Below the pieces are notes generated by a model that had not been told where the DNA came from, ran no database searches, and worked only from the letters and a program-made list of their open reading frames with translations. Of a DNA stretch of 64,000 bases, positions 1-7,630 are shown one piece after another; within the stretch, counting starts at the first letter, position 1, and each line of letters begins with the position of its first letter. This DNA is from Mycobacteriales bacterium (lineage in GTDB: Bacteria > Actinomycetota > Actinomycetes > Mycobacteriales > SCTD01): positions 8,148-72,147 of the forward strand of contig JBKJVH010000121.1 in the NCBI GenBank assembly GCA_046590985.1. Reading direction: 5' to 3'. Position numbers and translations under genes: made by a program.

Positions 1-89
1 AACCGGACGTACTGGTGCCCCTGACGCTGTCGGACTGGCTCGCCGGCCGGGATCCGGTGCTTGCGGCGGCTACTCGATTCCCGCACTGA
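1..89 (+). CDS. 3' end of an unidentified CDS entering from upstream (partial)
   Basis: Frame 3 reads PDVLVPLTLSDWLAGRDPVLAAATRFPH followed by TGA at 87-89. Third codon positions are mostly G/C. Too short to name. Confidence 0.3.
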   Translation, partial: PDVLVPLTLSDWLAGRDPVLAAATRFPH

Positions 90-264
90 CAGCACGGAGT
101 CGATCACCGGCACATCCCGGTCGCGGGGCCTGCCCGAAGGCGATGCGGGGACACGTCTCCACGTGCCCGCGCTCGGTGCTGGATCGGCAGCCGCCACGCC
201 TGGCGTTTCGCTGCAAACCCAGCAGCCGACGCCGAGGCCCGTTCAGCCTTGCTGGACCCACAGG

Positions 265-282
265 CGACTCGCCGGCGAGTCG
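265..282. terminator. Perfect 18-nt palindrome CGACTCGCCGGCGAGTCG between convergent genes (possible bidirectional terminator hairpin)
   Basis: Base-by-base check shows positions 265-273 are the reverse complement of 274-282. It lies in a 330 nt non-coding gap between the CDS ending at 89 (+) and the one ending at 419 (-). No T-tract follows. Confidence 0.3.
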
Positions 283-418
283 GCTGCGCATCCAGCACCG
301 GGCTGCCCCCGCCCGTCGCGGAGCCGCGCAGAACGCCGACTCCTCTCCGTGGGAAGTTCTGCTCCGCAGGACGAGCCGGCTCGCACGACCCAAGCTGGAC
401 CACCACCCAGGGCGGTGA

Positions 419-832
419 TCAGGCCTTCGTGAGCTCCAGGACCGGGATGGTCCGGACGCCGCGAGTCTTCTCCTCGTACTCCGCGAAGCCCGGGTAGAGC
501 GCGGCCTGCTTCGCGTAGACCTCGGTGCGCTCAGGTTCGGGCAGGTCGCGGACGGTGACGGGCCACGTCTCCGTGCCGACCTCGACAGTGGCAGGTCCGC
601 CGGCGACGAGGTTGTCGTACCAGTCGGGGTGGTCGGGAGCGCCGGCCTTGGAGGCGAACACGAAGATCGCGCCGTCCTCGCCGGGGAGGTACATCATCGG
701 TGCGACGTACTCCTTGCCGCTCTTGCGGCCGGAGTGGTGCACGAGGGTCAGCGGCGCTCCCTCGAACTGGCCACCGACGCGTCCTTCGTTGGCGCGGAAC
801 TCCGCGATGATGTGAGCGTTCCAGTCGTTCAT
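419..832 (-). CDS. Nitroreductase-family deazaflavin (F420)-dependent oxidoreductase (DUF385-type)
   Basis: Internal ATG at 832 gives 137 aa: MNDWNAHIIAEFRANEGRVGGQFEGAPLTLVHHSGRKSGKEYVAPMMYLP..., the typical N-terminus and length of this family. The upstream part of the 330-aa track ORF is Arg/Pro-rich shadow sequence. Confidence 0.8.
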   Translation of the reverse strand: MNDWNAHIIAEFRANEGRVGGQFEGAPLTLVHHSGRKSGKEYVAPMMYLPGEDGAIFVFASKAGAPDHPDWYDNLVAGGPATVEVGTETWPVTVRDLPEPERTEVYAKQAALYPGFAEYEEKTRGVRTIPVLELTKA

Positions 833-901
833 CGGGCTCTCCTGACGCCGGGGGTCTGGTCCGATCGAACCAGACTCACCAGGGTGTGTCACAGTCGCGG
901 C

Positions 902-1414
902 ATGTCCGACGTGCGCGTGACGGTCCTGTCCGACAGCGAGCCCGAGCACTGGCGCCAGGTCGAGGACCTGCGCGAGGCCGGACCGGACGACGCGGTGTTC
1001 GCGCTGGACCGGCACAGCGGCGAGGTCCGCTTCGGCGATGGCGAGCACGGCCGGCGCCCACCGGACGGGGCGGTCGTGCGGGCGTCCTACTTCAACGGCC
1101 GGCGGCTCAAGGCCGGTGACCTCACCGTCGAGCAGGTCTACCAACGCGAACCCGCGCGAAGGCCGACGACCGGCAAGATCGTGCAGATCATGCCGGCCGA
1201 CGGGTGGTCGCTCGTCCAGCGACTGAGCGGTCAGGAATCGCTCCAACCGCTGGTCGGTTGGGCGCTCCTGGACCCGCCTGTGCCGCTCTACCGGAACGGT
1301 GGGGACCCGCCGCCGGTGGCCGTGCAAGCCGTCCGCGGCCTGGTCGTCGGGCCGGCCGGGACGGTCCAGCTCGTGGACGAGCTCGCCCCCAGCTTCGCCG
1401 GCTACCGGCACTGA
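902..1414 (+). CDS. Hypothetical protein (170 aa) whose N-terminal ~60 aa resemble the start of baseplate-J-like assembly proteins
   Basis: ATG at 902 with strong GC3 bias throughout. The motif VFALDRHSGEVRFGDGEHGRRPPDGAVVRASY matches, from memory, the D-x-x-x-G-x-V-x-FGDG-x-x-G-x-x-PP-x-G signature of that family. No other tail genes are nearby. Confidence 0.55.
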   Translation: MSDVRVTVLSDSEPEHWRQVEDLREAGPDDAVFALDRHSGEVRFGDGEHGRRPPDGAVVRASYFNGRRLKAGDLTVEQVYQREPARRPTTGKIVQIMPADGWSLVQRLSGQESLQPLVGWALLDPPVPLYRNGGDPPPVAVQAVRGLVVGPAGTVQLVDELAPSFAGYRH

Positions 1415-1415
1415 G

Positions 1416-2507
1416 TCAGGCGGCCTGAAGCGCCTCGACGGGAGCGGCCGCCGGCGCGGGGGTGGACGGCAGCGACAGCCGGGCGATCTTGCGCCACACG
1501 CTCGCGTACTGCTTGGTCAGCGGACCGCTGACGTACGGCAGGCCGTAGCGGGCGCAGATCTCCTGTACGCGCGGCGCGATCTCGACGTACCGGTTGGACG
1601 GCAGGTCCGGGAACAGGTGGTGCTCGATCTGGAAGCTGAGCTGGCCGGTCATCAGGTTGAAGAGCTCGCCACCCTCGAGGTTCGCCGAGCCGAGGAGCTG
1701 TCGGACGTACCAGCCGCCGCGAGTCTCGTTCGCGGTCTCCTCCTCCGTGAACTGCTCGACCTCGTCGGGGAAGTGACCGCAGAAGATGATGGTGTGGGTC
1801 CAGACGTTCCGCGCGATGTTGGCGGTCACGTTCGCCGCCAGCGTCGTCACCGCCGAGGGGCCGGAGAGCAGCGGCCAGACGACGTAGTCCTTGACCATCT
1901 GCGGGCGGATCTTCTTCCAGATCTTCCCGAGCTTGGAGCCCGCCTCGCGCGGCGTCATCTCGCCGGTGAGGACCTTCTCGATCTCCATGTCGTAGAGCGC
2001 GATGCCGTACTCGAAGAACAGCGCGAGCCCGACGTTGATCGGCATCTGGAACAGGTGGTAGGGCTTCCAGGGCACCTCATCCGACATCCGCAGCAACGAG
2101 TAGCCGAGGTCGCGGTCCTTGCCGATGATGTTCGTGAAGGTGTGGTGCAGGTAGTTGTGGGAGTGCTTCCAGTCCTCGGCGGAGGAGGCGTGGTCCCACT
2201 CCCAGGTCGTCGAGTGGATCTCGGGGTCGCGCATCCAGTCCCACTGGCCGTGGATGATGTTGTGGCCGAGCTCCATGTTCTCGAGGATCTTGGCCACGGT
2301 CAGCATCGTGGTGCCGGCCAGCCACAGCGGCGGGAACAACGAACCGAGCAGGGTGACGCGCGCGGCGCCCTCGAGCTGCCGGTGCACGCGGACCACCTTG
2401 CGGATGTAGGTCGCGTCGGACTCGCCGCGGGCGGCGATCACGTCGTCGCGGATCGCGTCGAGCTCGCGGCCGATGGCCTCGATCTGGTCAGGGGTGAGGT
2501 TCTTCAT
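1416..2507 (-). CDS. Membrane fatty-acid (acyl-CoA) desaturase, DesA3-like
   Basis: ATG at 2507 (MKNLTPDQIEAIG...). Three histidine boxes are present: HNIIH, HNYLHH and QIEHH. The N-terminal extension in the track ORF is Arg-rich shadow. Confidence 0.9.
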   Translation of the reverse strand: MKNLTPDQIEAIGRELDAIRDDVIAARGESDATYIRKVVRVHRQLEGAARVTLLGSLFPPLWLAGTTMLTVAKILENMELGHNIIHGQWDWMRDPEIHSTTWEWDHASSAEDWKHSHNYLHHTFTNIIGKDRDLGYSLLRMSDEVPWKPYHLFQMPINVGLALFFEYGIALYDMEIEKVLTGEMTPREAGSKLGKIWKKIRPQMVKDYVVWPLLSGPSAVTTLAANVTANIARNVWTHTIIFCGHFPDEVEQFTEEETANETRGGWYVRQLLGSANLEGGELFNLMTGQLSFQIEHHLFPDLPSNRYVEIAPRVQEICARYGLPYVSGPLTKQYASVWRKIARLSLPSTPAPAAAPVEALQAA

Positions 2508-2518
2508 GGGAGCTCCTG

Positions 2519-3523
2519 TTAGACGTCGAGCGAGCAGTCGCCCGCGGGGGAGGAGATGCAGGTCTGGACGAGGTCGCCGGGCTCGCCGTGCACCGAGCCG
2601 GTACGCACATCGCGCACCTGACCGGACAGCAGCGGCACGACGCAGCCGAAGCAGATGCCCATCCGGCAGCCGCTGGGCATCAGGACGCCGGCGTCCTCGC
2701 CGGCTTGGAGCAGGGTGGGGCCGGTGCCGGACGAACCGGTCCGGGCGAAGGAAACCGTGCCGGTGTCGCCGCCCCCGACGACCAGGGGCGCGAACCGCTC
2801 GACGTGCAGGAGGTGCGACAGCCCGGCGGCCTCCCAGTGCGCGCACACCGCCTCGAGCAGCCCGGCCGGTCCACAGACCCAGGTCTCGCGGGTGCGCCAA
2901 TCCGGCACGAGCTCCTCGAGCTGGGCCATGGTGAGCAACCCGTCGGTGTCGGTGTGCCGCTCGACGAGCCGATAGGGCGCGGCCAGGCCCCGCAGCTCCG
3001 GTCCGAAGATCACGTCGGAGCGGGTCAGCGCCGAGTGCAGGTGCGTGATGTCGGCCGGAGCATCCAGTCCCCGGAGCATCCCCATCGCGGGCGTGATGCC
3101 GGAGCCCGCGGTGAGGAACAGCGCCTTGCGTACCGGCTTCCAGACGAAGTCACCGGCGGCCGGCTTGATCCGCAGGACGGTGCCGACCGGGGTGTGCTGG
3201 ACGAGCTGGGTGGATACCAGACCGAGCGCCTTCACGGTGATGGACACCTCGTCGGGGGAGGTGAGGGAGTAGGTCCGCCAGTGCTGGACGCCGTCGATCT
3301 GCACGCCGACGCCGACGTACTGGCCGGGGACGTAGCCCTCCCAACCGAGGCCGGGCTTGAGGACGAGCGTCGCGGCACCGGCGGCCTCCGGGGTCACCGA
3401 GACGACCCGGGCGCGGAGCTCGCGGGTGTTCCAGAGCGGGTTGACGAGCCCCAGGTAGTCGTCGGGCAGGAACGGCGAGGTGAACGCCGTGCCACGGCGG
3501 ACGATGGTGTCGAGCAGTCCCAC
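2519..3523 (-). CDS. Ferredoxin reductase partner of the desaturase (FAD/NAD-binding domain plus C-terminal 2Fe-2S)
   Basis: Contains DDYLGLVNPLW, RTYSLTS and a C-terminal CRMGICFGC...C cluster. It sits 12 nt upstream of the desaturase. I place the start at GTG 3523, preceded by AGGGAGAGA. The codons upstream of it (ata, tta, cta, aag) are atypical for this genome. Confidence 0.85.
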   Translation of the reverse strand: MGLLDTIVRRGTAFTSPFLPDDYLGLVNPLWNTRELRARVVSVTPEAAGAATLVLKPGLGWEGYVPGQYVGVGVQIDGVQHWRTYSLTSPDEVSITVKALGLVSTQLVQHTPVGTVLRIKPAAGDFVWKPVRKALFLTAGSGITPAMGMLRGLDAPADITHLHSALTRSDVIFGPELRGLAAPYRLVERHTDTDGLLTMAQLEELVPDWRTRETWVCGPAGLLEAVCAHWEAAGLSHLLHVERFAPLVVGGGDTGTVSFARTGSSGTGPTLLQAGEDAGVLMPSGCRMGICFGCVVPLLSGQVRDVRTGSVHGEPGDLVQTCISSPAGDCSLDV

Positions 3524-3543
3524 GACTCTCTCCCTACGGTCTA

Positions 3544-3567
3544 GTAACTTACCTATCCGTAGGTTAC
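3544..3567. promoter_or_regulatory. Imperfect inverted repeat GTAACTTAC-N6-GTAGGTTAC, a candidate operator in a divergent promoter
   Basis: 8 of 9 arm positions are complementary. It lies in a locally AT-richer 68 nt gap between the reductase start (3523, -) and the next gene's start (3592, +). A third GTAGGT half-site is at 3574-3579. Confidence 0.3.
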
Positions 3568-3591
3568 GCAGTCGTAGGTCCAGTTGTCGAT

Positions 3592-4956
3592 GTGACGGCC
3601 ATGACACACCGGCGTACGGTCGCAAGCATGCGCGCCTTGCTCCCCGCTCTGGCCCTGACCCTTCCGCTGCTGCAGGCCCCGTCGGCCGACGCGGCGGTCT
3701 CCCAGAACTGGTACCAGTACCACCGGGACTCCCTGCACGCCGGCTACAGCCCCTCGACGCCGCGCCCCACCGTGCCCAAGGCGGTCTGGAAGGCCCGGCT
3801 CGACGGTGTCGTCCAGGCCAGCCCGCTCGTCATCAACTCGATCGTCATCGCCGCGACCGAGAACAACACGATGTACGGGCTCTCCCGGCACAGCGGCCAG
3901 GTCATCTGGAAGCACCACCTCGCGACGGCGGTGCCGCTGAGGTACCTGCCCTGCGGGAACATCGACCCGGTGGGCATCACCGGCACGCCGGTCTATGACA
4001 GCGCGCACAACCGGGTGTTCGCGGTGACCACCACCCGCGTCGGCACCAAGCTTCGGCACACCCTCGTCGGGCTCAGCGCCGCCACCGGGGCGGTGCAGGT
4101 CTCGAAGGTGATCGACCCGGCCGGCCAGGACCCCAACGTGGAGAACCAGCGCGGCGCGCTGGCCCTCAAGGACGGCCGGGTCCTCATCACCTTCGGCGGC
4201 CACGCCGGCGACTGCGGCGACTACCACGGCTACTTCATCTCGGTGCTCACCGACGGCACCGGCGTGCACGTCTACCGGACCGGTACGCAAGGGGCGGCCG
4301 GCATGTGGCAGGCGTCCGGCCCGGCCGTCGACGCCCGCGGCTTCGCCTATGTCGTGACGGGCAACGGCCGGGCGACCAGCGGCGCCTGGGACGGCGGGAA
4401 CTCCGTCCAGGTCATCAACGCCTACTCCGCCCGACTGCACGACTACTTCGCCGAGAGCAGCTGGGCCCAGGGGAACGCCGACGACACCGACCTCGGCAGC
4501 AGTGGCGCGCTCCTCTACGGCAACCGGCTCTGGATCCAGGGCAAGACCTCCACCGGATACGTCCTGGACGCCGGCCACCTCGGTGGCATCGGGCACCCGT
4601 TGCAGACCGTCCAGAACGCCTGCGCGCGCCAGTTCGGCGGGCCCGCGACGGTCGGCGGTTCGATCATCCTGCCGTGCACCGACGGGCTCCGGCAGCTCCG
4701 GATCCGCGGCGACCAGAGCGTCACCCTCGGGTGGAAGGCTCCCTCGTACATCACCGGTAGCCCGGTGATCGGTGGTGGGGTGGTCTGGTCCCTGGAGCCG
4801 GGTGCGGGCACGCTGTACGGGCTCGACCTCGGCACCGGGGCGGTCCGCTACACGATCGGCGTCGGGACGACGGTCCGGTTCGCGAGTCCCTCGCTGTCGG
4901 CGACGATGGCCTTCGTGCCGACGACGACCGGGATCACCGCGGTCGGGGGGGTCTAG
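3592..4956 (+). CDS. Secreted PQQ-like beta-propeller repeat protein
   Basis: Signal peptide MRALLPALALTLPLLQAPSADA, followed by repeated beta-propeller blade-like segments (SPLVINSIVIAATENNTMYGL, GSPVIGGGVVWS, GTLYGLDLGTG). Start could be 3592, 3601 or 3628. Confidence 0.7.
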   Translation: MTAMTHRRTVASMRALLPALALTLPLLQAPSADAAVSQNWYQYHRDSLHAGYSPSTPRPTVPKAVWKARLDGVVQASPLVINSIVIAATENNTMYGLSRHSGQVIWKHHLATAVPLRYLPCGNIDPVGITGTPVYDSAHNRVFAVTTTRVGTKLRHTLVGLSAATGAVQVSKVIDPAGQDPNVENQRGALALKDGRVLITFGGHAGDCGDYHGYFISVLTDGTGVHVYRTGTQGAAGMWQASGPAVDARGFAYVVTGNGRATSGAWDGGNSVQVINAYSARLHDYFAESSWAQGNADDTDLGSSGALLYGNRLWIQGKTSTGYVLDAGHLGGIGHPLQTVQNACARQFGGPATVGGSIILPCTDGLRQLRIRGDQSVTLGWKAPSYITGSPVIGGGVVWSLEPGAGTLYGLDLGTGAVRYTIGVGTTVRFASPSLSATMAFVPTTTGITAVGGV

Positions 4957-6185
4957 CTGGTGAGGTTGCCCTTGGACCACTCGGCGTAGGAGAAGTTCCA
5001 GTCGTACATGCCGGCGTCGGACGTCACCGGCTTCACCACCGAGTGGATGATGTTCACGACGTCGCCGAGCAGGCTGTTCTCGTAGAACCACTTCGCGTCC
5101 GCGACCGAGGTGTTCACGCAGCCGTGGCTGACGTTGCGGACGCCCTGGACGCCGACCGTCGCGGGGTTGGCGTGCACGAACGCGCCGCCGTTGGAGATGC
5201 GGTCGCTCCAGGGGAGCTTCTCGTAGTAGCCGCCAGGACCGGCGGTCGGGATGCCGACGGTGCCGGAGTTGTAGGTGTGCGACTTCTCGCGGGTCAGCAC
5301 GATGTGCACGCCGCCCTTGGTCGGGTACTGGTCCCGACCGGTGCTCACCTTGACGGTACGGGCGAGCTTGCCGTCGATCGTCACGGTCATGACGTGCGCG
5401 GTGATGTCGACGGTGGCGACCAACGCCCGGCCGATGGCGAAGGTCCGCGTCACCGGCTCGGGCGCGCCCCACGCGTCGCTGTCCGGGACGTGCAGGCCCG
5501 CCAGGGCAGCCGTGACGCTGATCTTCGTACCGGCCTTCCAGTAGACCGGGCCGCGGTAGTGGACCTCGAACGAGTTGTACCAGCGCCAGGCACCCTCCAC
5601 GGCCGGCGCGGTCGTGACCTGCAGCTTGGTGAGGACGGCGGCGCGGGCCGCGGCCGACCTCACCTTCCGGTCGAAGCGCACGATCACCGGCTGCCCGACC
5701 CCGTAGGTGCCGCCCGACGGCGACAGCGTCGCGTGCAGCACGTGCTCGGCGGGGGAGGCCTTGACGGTCTTGTCGATCGTGGAGGTCCTGCCGTCAGCGG
5801 CCTTCACCTCGGCGTGCAGGGCGTAGCTCTCGTTCGGCGTGAGGGTGTGCTGGGAGACCCAGGCTGTCGGGCTCAGGATGCCGGTGACCGCGGTGCCGTC
5901 GGCGGTGGTCGCGGCGAGGCTCGTGAGGGTGCCGTCGGTGACCCGGAACGACAGGTGCGACTGCCACGGGACGGTGCTGTTCTTCTCGCCCGCTAGGGCG
6001 ACGGAGACGGTCGGGGCGGGGGTGGGCGTCGGGCCAGGACCCGTGATGCCCGCGAGGCCGCCGCCGCCCGAGCCCTGGAGCACGAGCGCGGTCCCTGCCC
6101 CCAGCGCGAGGGCGCCCGCGATGCCGAGGACGACGACCGACGTGGCCAGACCGGCGTCGGAGCGAACGGAGCGAAGCACGGGCAC
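4953..6185 (-). CDS. L,D-transpeptidase (YkuD catalytic domain with N-terminal Ig-like domains and a membrane anchor)
   Basis: Catalytic SHGCVN motif within GGAFVHANP...VSHGCVNTS, and a TM segment LATSVVVLGIAGALALGAGTALVL. Start is GTG at 6185 or 6179, after GAGG. The upstream half of the 549-aa track ORF is low-complexity shadow. Confidence 0.85.
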   Translation of the reverse strand: MPVLRSVRSDAGLATSVVVLGIAGALALGAGTALVLQGSGGGGLAGITGPGPTPTPAPTVSVALAGEKNSTVPWQSHLSFRVTDGTLTSLAATTADGTAVTGILSPTAWVSQHTLTPNESYALHAEVKAADGRTSTIDKTVKASPAEHVLHATLSPSGGTYGVGQPVIVRFDRKVRSAAARAAVLTKLQVTTAPAVEGAWRWYNSFEVHYRGPVYWKAGTKISVTAALAGLHVPDSDAWGAPEPVTRTFAIGRALVATVDITAHVMTVTIDGKLARTVKVSTGRDQYPTKGGVHIVLTREKSHTYNSGTVGIPTAGPGGYYEKLPWSDRISNGGAFVHANPATVGVQGVRNVSHGCVNTSVADAKWFYENSLLGDVVNIIHSVVKPVTSDAGMYDWNFSYAEWSKGNLTS

Positions 6186-6261
6186 CTCGGGGAACGAGCG
6201 GACGGAGTTGTTCCATTGTGCGTGATCCGGGCGTTCTGCGCTCCGGCACCGTGCTGGCACC

Positions 6262-7014
6262 TCAGCCGAGGGCCCGCCGGTCCCGGAGCTCCGGCTCGCC
6301 CAGGCGAGCCACCCGGCCGTCGTGCTCGCCGGCCCGCCAGGCACTTCCCGACACCTGCCGGTCGCCACGCTGGCTGCCCCGCCAGGACCCGCGCGCCTCC
6401 GAGGAGCGGTCGTGGAAGGCCCGTACCCGCTCGGCCTTCTCGCGCAGGACCAACGCCCCGCTGGTGCTGGGCGCGGCCTCGTCGTGCTGCTGCAGCGCCC
6501 GGGTGCGGGCCGCCTGGAGCCGCTCCTGGACGGCATGCATCCAGCCTTCGTAGAACGAAAGCCGCCAGGACACCGCGGCGATCCCGGCGTTCCGGTGCTC
6601 ACCGGCTCGCAGGCGTCGGGCGGCCGCCGAGGCCATCTGGGTGGCCAAGGAGGCCCACAGCTGCTCCACGACGTCGAGGTCCGCGGGGTAGCCGAAGCCG
6701 AGCACGAAGGTCGAGTCGTTCGCGACGTTCACCAGCACGTCGTTGGTCTGCGCCACGAGCAGGTAGAGCACCACGAGCTGCCGGTTGCCACGCTTGCCAC
6801 GCTCACCGATGCCGAGGCGGCGCTGCTCGAAGGTGTCGTCGGCGGCCTTGAGGCGGCGCGCGGCTTGCCGGGCCCGAGCCAGCTCGAGGTCGACGGCATA
6901 GGTCGTGGCCAGCTCCTGGGCGCGCGTCACGAACGCGTCGGCCTCGTGCTCGTTGTCGGTGCCCTCGGCCTGCGCCAGGAGCTTGCCGATCTTGTCCAAC
7001 ACCCGCTCAGACAA
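6262..7014 (-). CDS. DUF2786 domain-containing protein
   Basis: The N-terminus VLDKIGKLLAQAEGTDNEHEADAFVTRAQELATTY is the characteristic DUF2786 opening. It overlaps the upstream gene by 8 nt. Confidence 0.7.
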   Translation of the reverse strand: MSERVLDKIGKLLAQAEGTDNEHEADAFVTRAQELATTYAVDLELARARQAARRLKAADDTFEQRRLGIGERGKRGNRQLVVLYLLVAQTNDVLVNVANDSTFVLGFGYPADLDVVEQLWASLATQMASAAARRLRAGEHRNAGIAAVSWRLSFYEGWMHAVQERLQAARTRALQQHDEAAPSTSGALVLREKAERVRAFHDRSSEARGSWRGSQRGDRQVSGSAWRAGEHDGRVARLGEPELRDRRALG

Positions 7015-7480
7015 CGCTGTGCTCCCCGTACTCGACGCGCAGTGTGAGCGCTGCCGCAGCCCCGAGCGTCTGCTCGACGAGCTCCAGCATCCTGTGGGTG
7101 AAGGCCGTGCCGTGCGTGCTGTCGCCGTCCAGGTGGAAGGCCAGGTGGTGCGCGAGCTCGTGCAGCAGGACCGCCTCGCGCAGCGCCCACGGCGTCCCGT
7201 GCGGCGGGATCGGCAGGGCTATCGTGCCCGGTTCCTGCCAGTGGGCACGACCCTGTCCGCGGCGGGTCCTGAGTGCCACCACCGGCACGTCCCAGGGCTC
7301 GAGCACCTGACCGCAGTAGGTCTCCGCGGCTGTCAACGTCCCGAACTGCACCTCCGCTGGCAGCACCACCGAGGAACCGGCCACCTCGGCCCGGGTGGCG
7401 CCCCGTCGGGCGGCGTCCAGCCGGAGCCCCCAGGCGTCCTCCGCCTGGTAGACCCGGGCCCGCTGGCCGTCTCGCTGCAT
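7007..7480 (-). CDS. Putative zinc metallohydrolase (TIGR04338-like, HExxH)
   Basis: HELAHH motif in AVLLHELAHHLAFHL. 157 aa. Paired with a DUF2786 gene, as is typical in actinobacteria. Confidence 0.7.
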   Translation of the reverse strand: MQRDGQRARVYQAEDAWGLRLDAARRGATRAEVAGSSVVLPAEVQFGTLTAAETYCGQVLEPWDVPVVALRTRRGQGRAHWQEPGTIALPIPPHGTPWALREAVLLHELAHHLAFHLDGDSTHGTAFTHRMLELVEQTLGAAAALTLRVEYGEHSVV

Positions 7481-7630
7481 GGCAGGAGGTCTACCAGGGA
7501 TCGGTGACAGCGCGCCGGGGCCCCTGTGGACAACAGGTGAGGTGGCTCACATCCACGGCCAAGGAATCGCCCTAGGACACGACTGTGTTGCACCCTTGAC
7601 GGTGCAGCAGTCGATCTGAGGGAGCACGAC

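Noticed and set aside
2519-3625. Long form of the ferredoxin reductase (start at 3625)
   Set aside because: It would overlap the divergent gene's start and would use rare AT-rich codons across the operator-like region. GTG 3523 with an AGGGAGAGA ribosome-binding site fits the family's N-terminus.
3553-5472. 639-aa minus-strand ORF
   Set aside because: It overlaps the PQQ-like gene on the antisense strand and is out of frame with the L,D-transpeptidase. Its composition is extremely Arg/Gly/Pro-rich.
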